28,531 nucleotides of DNA from Candidatus Nanohaloarchaea archaeon. GTDB taxonomy: Archaea; Nanohalarchaeota; Nanosalinia; Nanosalinales; Nanosalinaceae. Under the pieces are notes generated by a model, which did not search any database, was not told where the DNA came from, and saw only the letters and a list, made by a program, of their open reading frames with translations. Position 1 is the stretch's first letter. Each line of letters begins with the position of its first letter. Below, one piece after another: positions 17,580-26,555 of the stretch. The position numbers and the translations under genes were made by a program. The DNA is taken from NCBI GenBank assembly GCA_047617745.1, contig JBLGBN010000011.1, positions 1 to 28,531 on the forward strand. The letters run 5' to 3'.

Positions 17580-18769
17580 TCACGGAACTTCTCAATGAAC
17601 TCGACTTCGTCCTCATCTAGGTCCAGCTGTTCGGCGAATCTTTCCTCGTTGTATTCCAAAAGCAGGGCGATAAAAGGCATCATAGATTTCGATTCATTTA
17701 GAGAAACGTGAAGTTTTTCTCCCAGCTTCTTCGATATCTCCTCCAACTTGTTTCTTGAGGCTCGAGACGAACCCATCTGCCGGATCTTGGAAGGGTACTG
17801 GTACTTGGTCCAGCCCTGGTATCTCTCCTGTTTGCTCAACGCAACGCCGATCGTTGAGAAAGCGTACACATACTTCAGCAGCTTCCAGTTCATCCGCCTC
17901 CTAATTCTGCCATTAAACAGGTCAGCCTTTGAAATCCAGTTGTAAGCCGTAGCGGTATCACCCGAACGAACGTATTCACGTGGGATGTTCTCACGGACCC
18001 ACTGCAGAAATGTATCCGGATCTTCATCCAGATTGTCAGTCGCATCCTTCGCAGTCTGAGCATCCTCAGTCTTGAAAATCATTTTCAACGCATCGAATAT
18101 ATCCTGCTCCACATCTCTTACCCCCACAGCGTTGAGGTTTTCCTCCGTGAGTTTATCCTCTCCTGCAGCGACCGCCTGAAGATCGTTTATAGCGGATCTC
18201 ATCTGGCCATTTGCCTGTCGGGCAATCTTCTTCACAGCTTTTTCATCATACTCAATGCCCTCTTCTTCAAGTATTTCTTTCAGATGTGCGTTGATCGAGT
18301 TAGTATGTACTTTTCCAATCTCAATAAGTTTAGCCCTATTTCTCAGAGAACGAATCTTGGAGTCATATGCGTCGTTCGCAGTCATGACGATAGGAAACTT
18401 TGTCTCATCTAGAATCCTGCCCAGCTCTTTTGTCCCCCCTCTATCTGTCGCGGACATTCCGTCTACTTCATCAACTAGTATCAGCTTCTTACCGCCAAAA
18501 AATGATTTCTGCTGGGTAGCCTGCTTCAGCTCGGTTTTCAATTTGCTCTTGGTTCTCACATCTGATGCGTTTGTCTCGACCATCTCATAGCCGAGATCAT
18601 TCGCTAAAGCCTCTACCAGAGAGGTTTTTCCGGTGCCCGCTGGTCCATGTAGAAGAACGGGTTTATCCCCTGTCTCCCAGTTCTCGGCCCACTCCTTCAG
18701 CTCCTCTTTCTCGCTACTGGCTCCCCTGTAATCCGACAGGGACTCTGGCCTGTATTTTTGTACCCACAT
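17576..18769 (-). CDS. rfcL: Replication factor C large subunit
   Basis: WVQKYRP, GPAGTGKTS, ETNASDVRT, ILVDEVDGM, MRSAINDLQ, WKLLKY; downstream of rfcS. Confidence 0.95.
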   Translation of the reverse strand: MWVQKYRPESLSDYRGASSEKEELKEWAENWETGDKPVLLHGPAGTGKTSLVEALANDLGYEMVETNASDVRTKSKLKTELKQATQQKSFFGGKKLILVDEVDGMSATDRGGTKELGRILDETKFPIVMTANDAYDSKIRSLRNRAKLIEIGKVHTNSINAHLKEILEEEGIEYDEKAVKKIARQANGQMRSAINDLQAVAAGEDKLTEENLNAVGVRDVEQDIFDALKMIFKTEDAQTAKDATDNLDEDPDTFLQWVRENIPREYVRSGDTATAYNWISKADLFNGRIRRRMNWKLLKYVYAFSTIGVALSKQERYQGWTKYQYPSKIRQMGSSRASRNKLEEISKKLGEKLHVSLNESKSMMPFIALLLEYNEERFAEQLDLDEDEVEFIEKFRD

Positions 18770-18797
18770 AACTGGTTACGCTCGGTTAACACGCAAT

Positions 18798-18818
18798 AAG
18801 CCATTCGAGAAATGGCTT
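18798..18818. repeat. Perfect 8-bp inverted repeat AAGCCATT-cgaga-AATGGCTT between rfcS and rfcL
   Basis: Read directly in the intergenic gap. Confidence 0.8.
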
Positions 18819-18834
18819 TCAGGTTTTTGTCTTA

Positions 18835-19791
18835 TCATTTTTGATCTAGATCTGCTATTTTGGCCAAGAGGGCTTCGATCTGGATGTCGGATGTTCCTCC
18901 TTCCGCGATCCGGAACTCGAACTCGCCCAGGTGCTCAATTATCTCCAGCTTGGCCCGGTCAGATACATCCAGATTCATGACTTCCCTGTGGATTGCATTG
19001 ATCACGTCCTGACCGTCCAATCCTCTTTCAATCATTATATCTGCAAGCTGTTCTCGGGCGTCGATGAACTCTCCTTTCAATGCTTTCTCAAGTATTTCCT
19101 CTGTCTCGTCCGGCTTCAGAGAAGCTGATGCACCATAAATATCTTCCTCCTCGATCTTGTCCTCTGTCATTGAAGCTGTCTGAAGTACGTTAGTCACCCT
19201 CCTGAGATCGCCGCCTGAAACTCTTAGAACTGCATCTATCGCCTCTCTTGAGATCTTGAAGCCTTCATTCTCTGCGATCCTGGTTATGTATTCCTCTACG
19301 TCCTCATCGTCCAGACGGTTGAACCTGAAAACGGCGCATCTAGACTGTATTGGGTCTATGATCTTTGATGAATAGTTGCATGATAGGATGAAACGGCAGT
19401 TATCCGAGAACTGCTCCATTGTCCTTCTCAATGCCTGCTGTGCGTCCTGTGTCAGTGCGTCCGCTTCATCCAGGAATATTATCTTGTAGTCTGCATTAAC
19501 CGGTTTGGTGCGGGCGAAATCCTTGATTCTTTCCCGGACAACGTCGATACCCCTCTCGTCGGAGGCGTTTGTCTCCATAAAGTTCTGTCTCCATGAATCG
19601 CCGTAGAGATCTTTTGCCAGCGCCATCGCGCATGTGGTTTTACCTGTCCCTGCTGGCCCTGCGAACATAAGATGCGGAATAGAATCCTCTTCAACGAATG
19701 AAGTCAGACGGTCAACTATTTTCTCCTGGCCAACGACCTCGGTCAAGGTGTCAGGCCTGTACTTTTCTGTCCAGACATCGATTTCAGCCAT
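18835..19791 (-). CDS. rfcS: Replication factor C small subunit (no intein)
   Basis: WTEKYRP, GPAGTGKTT, NASDERGIDVVR, IFLDEADAL, QALRRTME, IQSRC, GDLRR. Confidence 0.97.
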   Translation of the reverse strand: MAEIDVWTEKYRPDTLTEVVGQEKIVDRLTSFVEEDSIPHLMFAGPAGTGKTTCAMALAKDLYGDSWRQNFMETNASDERGIDVVRERIKDFARTKPVNADYKIIFLDEADALTQDAQQALRRTMEQFSDNCRFILSCNYSSKIIDPIQSRCAVFRFNRLDDEDVEEYITRIAENEGFKISREAIDAVLRVSGGDLRRVTNVLQTASMTEDKIEEEDIYGASASLKPDETEEILEKALKGEFIDAREQLADIMIERGLDGQDVINAIHREVMNLDVSDRAKLEIIEHLGEFEFRIAEGGTSDIQIEALLAKIADLDQK

Positions 19792-19858
19792 TATTCTATC
19801 ACATCAACTACTGGCTCTGTCAATCTTTTATGCTTTCACCGGCCAGACTTAGACATTG

Positions 19859-20356
19859 ATGATAGTATCTCTGACCGGGACACCGGGAACCGGGAAAACC
19901 AGTGTTTCAGAGCACCTAAGCGGTTTTGAAGTGATCGATCTTACCGGATTCGTGAAAGAATACGGGCTAGGCGATAGCAGCGGCAGTGAGTTCGAGGTCG
20001 ATATAAATGAGATGAAACAGAAACTGGACGAGGAAATAGACAAGGATAAAGATATTTTGATCGAAGGCCATCTCTCACATCATTTCCCGGCAGATTACTG
20101 TGTGGTTCTCAGATGCGACCCGGAAGAGCTTGAACAGAGACTGGAAAAAAGAGATTATGACGAAGAGAAGATTCAAGAGAATGTTGAATCAGAGATGCTC
20201 GATGTGATACTTACCGAAGCAGCTGGGTTGCAGGAAAATATTATTGAAGTAGATACTACAGGTAGAGAGCCAGAAGAAGTTGCTGAGGAAATAGAGAAAA
20301 GAATAGAGAATGAGGAAACAGGTTACGGCGAAGTTGACTGGACAGGGCGTCTCTAG
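19859..20356 (+). CDS. AK6/Fap7-type adenylate kinase
   Basis: LTGTPGTGKTS, ILIEGHLSH, VLRCDPEELEQRL, KIQENVESE; start ATG 19859. Confidence 0.92.
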   Translation: MIVSLTGTPGTGKTSVSEHLSGFEVIDLTGFVKEYGLGDSSGSEFEVDINEMKQKLDEEIDKDKDILIEGHLSHHFPADYCVVLRCDPEELEQRLEKRDYDEEKIQENVESEMLDVILTEAAGLQENIIEVDTTGREPEEVAEEIEKRIENEETGYGEVDWTGRL

Positions 20357-20664
20357 GAGTTTTCCTGGATCCAGTCCTTCAGCTCGCCTTTCTTTTTGAC
20401 TCCCGAGGTTCTGGCTACTTCCTCATCTCCCTTCATTATTACCATTGTCGGCAGAGCTCTAACCCCCATAGATGTTCCCAGCTGCTGGTGTTCCTCCATA
20501 TCTACTTTTCCAAAGTTCACACCCTCTATTTCTTCGGAAACCTCTTCGAAGATCGGTGCGAGCTTTTTGCATGGCTGGCACCAGTCCGCCCAGAAGTCGA
20601 TTACCCATGTTTCATCGGAATTTTGGATATCTTCCAGTTTGTCAGAATCAATATCGGTCGGCAT
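20353..20664 (-). CDS. trxA: Thioredoxin
   Basis: IDFWADWCQPCK, GVRALPT; 103 aa. Confidence 0.95.
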   Translation of the reverse strand: MPTDIDSDKLEDIQNSDETWVIDFWADWCQPCKKLAPIFEEVSEEIEGVNFGKVDMEEHQQLGTSMGVRALPTMVIMKGDEEVARTSGVKKKGELKDWIQENS

Positions 20665-20736
20665 ACTGAATCTTTGAGTATTGAAATCTTAAGAAGAAAC
20701 CGGTGGAAGTTAAACGCTTGAGGAGAAGGAAATATC

Positions 20737-21606
20737 ATGGAGATTTTCATAACCGGGGGCACAGGGTTTGTAGGCTCGCATTTGATTCAGAAACTTAGCA
20801 GGAATCATGAAATAACAGTTGGAGGATTAACCCCTGAAAAATCCATTCTGGAGCTCCCAGAGGAAGTGAACCGAAAGAGGATAGATGTAACTAAAAAAGA
20901 TTCTCTCGACTTCTCCGGTTACGATTGCGTAATCCATCTCGTGGCCCTTTCCCCTCTAAAGAAACCTGCTGTGCCATATAGGAAAATCCATGTAGAAGGT
21001 ACAAGAAATGTTGTGGATCAATCTGAACAGGACCGTGTTGAAAAATTCTTCCACATGAGCGCTCTCGGAGCGGATAAAAACGCAAGAACCCAATACCTCC
21101 GAACTAAAGGAGAGGCTGAAGAGTATGTAAAAAAATCTGATCTGGACTGGCGTATAATGAAACCATCAACCATGTTTGGAGAAGGAGGCGAATTCCTGGA
21201 TTTCATATCAAAACTTACAACCCCCTACCTGACGGTTTTGCCAGGCAAAAACACCAGATTCCAGCCGGTACATATCGACGACGCAGTTCGATGTATAGAG
21301 GAATCATTGAAAGATGACTACTCAGACAAAATATTTGAGATCGGAGGACCTGAAAAACTCAGTCTGGCTGAAATCGCCGAGATGATAGATAACTCTAGAG
21401 GACGGAATCTAGAGGTTCTTGACCTCCCAATGCCATTATTCAGACTGTCCATGTCTTTCTCTGAGAGAATCCCTATCTCACCTTTTGGAAAAGAACAGTA
21501 CTATTCACTGAAAACAGATAATGTAACTGAAGATAATGATGTAGAGGATTTAGGAATGAAAATCAGTGAGATGAAAACTTTAGACGAATATCTCGAGTTA
21601 AAATAA
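20737..21606 (+). CDS. NAD-dependent epimerase/dehydratase, NDUFA9-like atypical SDR
   Basis: ITGGTGFVG, HMSALGA, YLRTKGEAE, FQPVHIDD, EIGGPE. Confidence 0.9.
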   Translation: MEIFITGGTGFVGSHLIQKLSRNHEITVGGLTPEKSILELPEEVNRKRIDVTKKDSLDFSGYDCVIHLVALSPLKKPAVPYRKIHVEGTRNVVDQSEQDRVEKFFHMSALGADKNARTQYLRTKGEAEEYVKKSDLDWRIMKPSTMFGEGGEFLDFISKLTTPYLTVLPGKNTRFQPVHIDDAVRCIEESLKDDYSDKIFEIGGPEKLSLAEIAEMIDNSRGRNLEVLDLPMPLFRLSMSFSERIPISPFGKEQYYSLKTDNVTEDNDVEDLGMKISEMKTLDEYLELK

Positions 21607-21608
21607 CA

Positions 21609-22088
21609 ATGGAAATTATACTGATCATAACCCTGGCGTTACTTGCAGCAGGTGTAATAGGTAGCTTTCTGCCGCTTGTTCCCGGATCATTGATCTCTAT
21701 CGCCGGCATCAGCATTTACTGGTGGAACACTGGTTTCACACAGCCAGGCATTCTACCTCTAATTCTGATGTATCTTACAGCTTTGACAGCGCTTGTTTTC
21801 GATCTTTTTGCCGGGGCTATAGGCTCAAAGGCGGGAGGTGCTTCTAGCAAAACCGTTCAAATGGCTGCTATAGCAGGAGTAATTTTCTTCTTTGTAGCCG
21901 GACCTGTAGGAACTATAGTCGGTATCACGGCCGTGGTTCTTATCAGAGAATACCTGTTAACCGGCGATACAGGAATAAGTTCAAGAGCAGCGTTTTACAC
22001 TATAATTTCGGTCCTAGGATCCGCTATAATACAGGGTGTGTTGGCAGGTCTAACGCTCGCCATATTTATTCTAACCTTAATCATCTGA
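21609..22088 (+). CDS. DUF456 family membrane protein
   Basis: GVIGSFLPLVPG, D..AGAIGSKAGGAS, GPVGTIVG; hydrophobic throughout. Confidence 0.85.
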   Translation: MEIILIITLALLAAGVIGSFLPLVPGSLISIAGISIYWWNTGFTQPGILPLILMYLTALTALVFDLFAGAIGSKAGGASSKTVQMAAIAGVIFFFVAGPVGTIVGITAVVLIREYLLTGDTGISSRAAFYTIISVLGSAIIQGVLAGLTLAIFILTLII

Positions 22089-24035
22089 GAGAATAGAATC
22101 AGGGAAAGCGACAACCTCTGTCTCGTACTCTCCGCCTTCGCCAGCTGCATTGAAGCCGTACTCGCGGGAAAGCTCGATAAGTTCCTCCACAGAATTTTCA
22201 TCAAGAATCTTTCCCTCCCAGCTTTCATCTAATCCGCGGGCTGCAACGTCAGTTATTTTTACCTCGAAGCCTTCCCTAATAAGCCACTTCATGTAGTTTT
22301 CCTGATCCTCCTGCCAGAGAGGTGCGAAAACCTTCAGACCAAGCTCTTCAGCTACTTTCTCCACTCTATCACGCTGGTATGTCGAAGCTAACGCCCCTGC
22401 GATTACACCCTCCACTTCATAATCTTCAACTGCTCTCATTAGTCCTTCCTTCAGATCCTCCAGTTCTTCCTCCTTCTCACCTTCAGTATTCTGGACTAAC
22501 AGCGGGACTCCAAGCTTCTCAGACTGCCATTCTATGCTCGACTTCGATTTCTCTGAGTCAAACATGTAGCTATCCTTATTTTCACTTCTCAAAGTCAATA
22601 GACAGCTGATATCGTTGTTTCTACGTTTCATCCTGTAGAGCGCTGCGTTGGAATCTTTACCCCCAGAAGTCAGCGCCACCAGCTGGTTGTTGGGTTCATC
22701 CCGAAGAGAGTTCAGGTGCTCCTGCTTGTGTTTAAAGCCCTTGTTCTTTGAGATACGGGAAATTGCCTTGTCAAAATTACTTCCATACTGTGCAGCGGTT
22801 TTACCTCTCCATGCAACTTTTTCTGGCACTCCTAGTTTCTCAGCGGCTTTTCTGAGAACGTATTTCCGGTAATTCTCTTTGACCTTGTAATCCTCTGGTA
22901 TTGTGAGCGCATGTTTGATCAGCTCATGATCAAGGAAAGGAACTCTTAACTCACACCCGTTCCTGAAACTGACGACATTATCTCTGTATAGATCCCGCTC
23001 GAATATACCTCTCAAACCGGATAAGCACTCTTTGTTCAGGTAACCCTGCTGTCTGTGGTAACCTGCGTAAAGCTGCTCCGAGCCCAGACCTGACATAACG
23101 ACTTTCTCACCGGCCTGCTGGAGCGATAGGTGGAATGGCAGTGCCACACCATTCTTCACAACAGAAGTTGAGGAGATCCAGTCGGTTATATTTTCCAGGC
23201 TACTCTCCACTTCCTCCAGATTGGATTCACGGACTTCAAGGTCGATATCCATTTTCTCTGCAATCTCCTCTGCCCACTCGACATCCCTGGGAGCGTTAAC
23301 GTTGCCGTGCTGTATACCTGCTGTATATGCGGTAAAATCTGCACCCAGTTCCTGAAGTGCTGCAGCAACAAGTGTAGAATCCACACCTCCAGAGAAAAGC
23401 AACGCGGTCTCCTTCTCCTCAGGTATCCTCTTCTTCACTGCCTTGAGGAATAAATCCTTGATCTCTTCCGCGCATTCATCCAGTTTTTTTCCTTCATTGA
23501 CATCTATTTCGAAGAAATCTCTGTTCTCGAATCTGAGTTCTCCAGTTTCAATATTGTATACCAGGATCTGCCGGGGATGAAGTTCCCGGGGCGTTAATCC
23601 TTCTTTCTCCAACGCCTGTTTCTCGGAGCAGAAAACAAATGGATCTTCCGAATACCAGACGGGGTTAACTCCAAGACTGTCCCGAGCTATTACAACTTCA
23701 TTAGATCTCGAGTATGCGAACGCGTAGATTCCCTCTACCTCTTCTAACGCATCTAGACCTTTCTCATCCAGGAGCTTAAGTAGAAGTTCGGCGTCATTCT
23801 CAGCCTCCAAACCATATTTGTCACGCAGCTCCTTCCAGTTGTATATCTCGCAGTTGGCTGAAATCAGTCCCTTGTCTTGAAGAGGCTGTTCAACTACGCC
23901 AATAATCGAATGAAGAACATGTCCTAGAGAAAAATCCTTTAATTCCTCTATTTCACTGCTTCCGCCTCTATGCTCTGTCCTTTCGATCAGTCTTTCTACT
24001 ACTTCAGGGTTTTCTGCTCCTGCTATACTGCACAT
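22077..24035 (-). CDS. Fusion of asparagine synthetase (class II glutamine amidotransferase + synthase) and diphthine-ammonia ligase (Dph6 family)
   Basis: MCSIAG, HRG, NCEIYN, ARDSLGVNPVWY, LFSGGVDS, SGLGSEQLYAGY, RVPFLD; then LTSGGKDS, DSYMF, GALASTYQ, APLWQ, GEGGEYET. Confidence 0.9.
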   Translation of the reverse strand: MCSIAGAENPEVVERLIERTEHRGGSSEIEELKDFSLGHVLHSIIGVVEQPLQDKGLISANCEIYNWKELRDKYGLEAENDAELLLKLLDEKGLDALEEVEGIYAFAYSRSNEVVIARDSLGVNPVWYSEDPFVFCSEKQALEKEGLTPRELHPRQILVYNIETGELRFENRDFFEIDVNEGKKLDECAEEIKDLFLKAVKKRIPEEKETALLFSGGVDSTLVAAALQELGADFTAYTAGIQHGNVNAPRDVEWAEEIAEKMDIDLEVRESNLEEVESSLENITDWISSTSVVKNGVALPFHLSLQQAGEKVVMSGLGSEQLYAGYHRQQGYLNKECLSGLRGIFERDLYRDNVVSFRNGCELRVPFLDHELIKHALTIPEDYKVKENYRKYVLRKAAEKLGVPEKVAWRGKTAAQYGSNFDKAISRISKNKGFKHKQEHLNSLRDEPNNQLVALTSGGKDSNAALYRMKRRNNDISCLLTLRSENKDSYMFDSEKSKSSIEWQSEKLGVPLLVQNTEGEKEEELEDLKEGLMRAVEDYEVEGVIAGALASTYQRDRVEKVAEELGLKVFAPLWQEDQENYMKWLIREGFEVKITDVAARGLDESWEGKILDENSVEELIELSREYGFNAAGEGGEYETEVVAFPDSILSDD

Positions 24036-24100
24036 ACACGGAAAAATCGGTCGGAAACTTTTTGACAGTTCCCTGCTAATCCTTTATTAGGTGAAATCAA

Positions 24101-24298
24101 ATGTTTGACAGACTACAGAAGGCGGTCGACGAGAAGGGCGAGGTAATGATCAAAACAGACTCAGGCGAAGAAAGAGAGCTACACAAACATAATACAGAGT
24201 TCCTGAGTTCAGGACTGATCAAGGTGGATGCAGACGACGAAATCCACTGGTTCAATCCCGAGAAAGTTGAGCGCTACTGGATTCACAAGGATTTCTAA
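24101..24298 (+). CDS. Small hypothetical protein (65 aa)
   Basis: AGGTGA RBS at 24089-24094, acidic composition, T-rich tract after the stop. Confidence 0.75.
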   Translation: MFDRLQKAVDEKGEVMIKTDSGEERELHKHNTEFLSSGLIKVDADDEIHWFNPEKVERYWIHKDF

Positions 24299-24304
24299 TT
24301 TAAC

Positions 24305-24328
24305 ATTTTACTTCCATTTTTCTTTTTC
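24305..24328 (+). terminator. T-rich terminator after the 65-aa gene
   Basis: ttttacttccatttttctttttc. Confidence 0.45.
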
Positions 24329-24329
24329 T

Positions 24330-24647
24330 GTGATAAGACACCGGAAGCAGGAGAGAAGGCGCAGATCCAACTTCAATACCTCATCTTGGAAGACAAGTAA
24401 GTCGATAGACGAAGTATACGAATCTCTAGTCAACTCTGATTCGACGATTGATTTCACATTCCCCTATAATGTAGAGGAGTATCAAGAAGGTAGAGAGGCT
24501 ATTTTCCGGTCAGAATCTGGTAATTACCAAGTTTGCGCTCATGAATACAGTAAAAGTTGGAAAGACACTGAAATTGATTTAATCTATTTTGGAAATGTCG
24601 ATGAAGAAGTAAATGAGATTATGGATTCCTACCGTACGGAGATTTAA
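24330..24647 (+). CDS. Hypothetical acidic protein or gene remnant
   Basis: Open frame fills the gap with an acidic, protein-like C-terminal part. The stop overlaps the nucS stop (TTAA). The only plausible start is GTG 24330, so the start is uncertain. Confidence 0.4.
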   Translation: MIRHRKQERRRRSNFNTSSWKTSKSIDEVYESLVNSDSTIDFTFPYNVEEYQEGREAIFRSESGNYQVCAHEYSKSWKDTEIDLIYFGNVDEEVNEIMDSYRTEI

Positions 24648-25426
24648 TCAGCTTCATAATCAGGGCCGAAGTCGCTTAGACCGGACTGGGAATCGTCAAT
24701 TGCCTCGTAGGATGCGATTACATCCTCCATCTCCACTTCGACGAACTCAAGGCCGCGCTCCTCAAGGTAGTCTAGAACCTTGTCTGTCATCTTCGGCGCT
24801 ACAAGAATACCTCTGATACTCCCTGAGAACTCGTCTTCGATCTCATCAACGTACCGCTGAAGCTGGAGAACAGTGTTATAATCCGGGTTTCTCTTTACCT
24901 CAATCACTACATAGTTGTCATCTATATCGCGGGCAAACACATCAATGAAACCGGCAGGAGTCTCTCTTTCCCTTTCAACCACTTTCAGGTCTTCCTCAAC
25001 AATACCCGGATCCTCCTCAATGGATTCATGAATATCAACTTCGTGGCCTCGAATCTTCAGATCAGAGCTGTCTACCAGCTGCGCCACCATAAGGAAATCG
25101 AGGTCCTCAAACCGTATCTCCACAACTTCGTCCGGATTTTTCCGTTTTCCTTTGAGCAGAAGCTCGTCTTCCTGAGCCTTGACCTCCCACTCATCCACTT
25201 CCGGCTGCCAGTTCTTCGGCTGGTAGTTCTCAGGTCCGTGGACGAGAAGCGCGGAGTCCTGTTTCTTGATTACAATTCTTTCACCCCGATCCAGCTTGGA
25301 TTTAGCCCTTCCCTGGTAATTAACCGAGCATAGACCAGAAAGCTGTAAAGTATAGTTTCTCCTGAGGTATTCAGATATTATTTCCTCCGCCTCCGAGAAA
25401 TCAGGGTTTTCAATCAGATTCTTCAT
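24644..25426 (-). CDS. nucS: Mismatch endonuclease NucS/EndoMS
   Basis: CSVNYQGRAKSKL..GERIVIKKQDSALLVH, QPKNWQP, GFIDVFARD, VVIEVKR, QLQRYV, RGILVAP. Start moved to ATG 25426 (MKNLIENP). Confidence 0.95.
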   Translation of the reverse strand: MKNLIENPDFSEAEEIISEYLRRNYTLQLSGLCSVNYQGRAKSKLDRGERIVIKKQDSALLVHGPENYQPKNWQPEVDEWEVKAQEDELLLKGKRKNPDEVVEIRFEDLDFLMVAQLVDSSDLKIRGHEVDIHESIEEDPGIVEEDLKVVERERETPAGFIDVFARDIDDNYVVIEVKRNPDYNTVLQLQRYVDEIEDEFSGSIRGILVAPKMTDKVLDYLEERGLEFVEVEMEDVIASYEAIDDSQSGLSDFGPDYEAD

Positions 25427-25509
25427 GTCAAGAAATAGGGAAATGAAGCTTAAGAAAATGGTTCGCCGGGCGAGGCAAGACACTCTCTGAAAGGTGTAAG
25501 AATACGAAA

Positions 25510-26182
25510 CTAGATATTATGACTATGAGGCGGGGTTGCTCGACAATGTAAATCAAGACTTGCAGAAGAGTAGTTACCAGCACTTACCTTGACCTTAATC
25601 ACTGGGTATGTCCCGCCAAAGGAAAACTCTCCGCTATTTGATTCACCATTACTTAAACTAAAAGACTCATTGACAGTACTTCCATCAGCAAACGTTACGG
25701 TAAATGAGGATGAAATAGTACCATTATAGCCATCGTTACTAGCACTAAAACTTGCTTTATTAGCAATCCAGAATCCGCTCTTTGAGCTAGTAGAGCCGCC
25801 ACTACTATTAGAACTAGAAACAATGTTCGATATATAACCAGATTTTGAGGGAGAAAAGTTCTGTGTACTGCTGGGGCCGAGATTATCTGCATTTTCTCCA
25901 TCCACCAAGTCCGCATCTATTTCACTTGTTCCTTGACTGCTGGGCTGAATCAAAGACCAAGCAGAAGCTACCGAAGATAGCCCAATTACTCCTGCACCTA
26001 GACCAGTCATCTTCATGAATTTACGGCGAGAAAGCTTCTCCTGCGCATTAGCATCGTCTGTGCCACCTGTTGTTTCCTGCTTGATTTCTTCTCGTATTTT
26101 TTTTCTTCTCTTCCCTCATTTGTTCTTGAACTTTCTGCTCTACTATCTCTTCTAGCCGATTTTCTATGGCTTTGTCAGGCAT
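25510..26182 (-). pseudogene. Frameshifted (A8 tract) twin-arginine-motif fibre-like protein; 223 aa if one A is removed
   Basis: ATG 26182 follows GGAGG (26195-26199) and gives MPDKAIENRLEEIVEQKVQEQMREEKKK. Removing one base from the T8 run at 26097-26104 joins it to IREEIKQETTGG...LSRRKFMKMTGLGAGVIGLSSVASA and the 168-aa ORF. Confidence 0.8.
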
Positions 26183-26386
26183 TATGACTTTTTTCCTCCA
26201 GTTGATTAAATCGTTTTTGGATATAACCTAGAGAACTCCCACATAGCGAAAGGACATATACCGGTTTTAGAATTCATTCACATATTTTCTATTAACTAAC
26301 GACTACAGATGATCTTTGTTTAGCTAATTCAGAAGCTAAAATAGATTACAAGATCAATGACCTGCCTGAAGCGGTAAATGAAAGGA

Positions 26387-26555
26387 GAGCAGCGCCGAGC
26401 CCTGTTTCTTGATGACAAGTCTTTCTCCTATACTATAGCTTTGGCTTACCTCCCCTGATAATAAACCGGACAGCTGCACCATGTAATTCCTTCTCAAGCA
26501 CTCCGAAAGAACCTCCTCAGCCTCAAAAAAACGGGTTTTCAATCAGCTTCTTCAT
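26387..26555 (-). pseudogene. nucS: Degenerate copy of the nucS 5' end
   Basis: MKKLIENP/frameshift/EAEEVLSECLRRNYMVQLSGL...GERLVIKKQGSALL aligns with NucS MKNLIENPDFSEAEEIISEYLRRNYTLQLSGL...GERIVIKKQDSALL. Confidence 0.88.

Noticed and set aside
17576..19791. Inteins in RFC genes
   Set aside because: Lengths are normal and the motifs are contiguous.
25427..25483. N-terminal extension of NucS in the ORF track
   Set aside because: The duplicate fragment also starts at MK.LIENP, and the extension looks like promoter sequence.
26310..26356. Imperfect inverted repeat (tttagct...agctaaa) in the AT-rich gap
   Set aside because: Short, imperfect and expected by chance in AT-rich DNA; not enough to call an element end or ncRNA.
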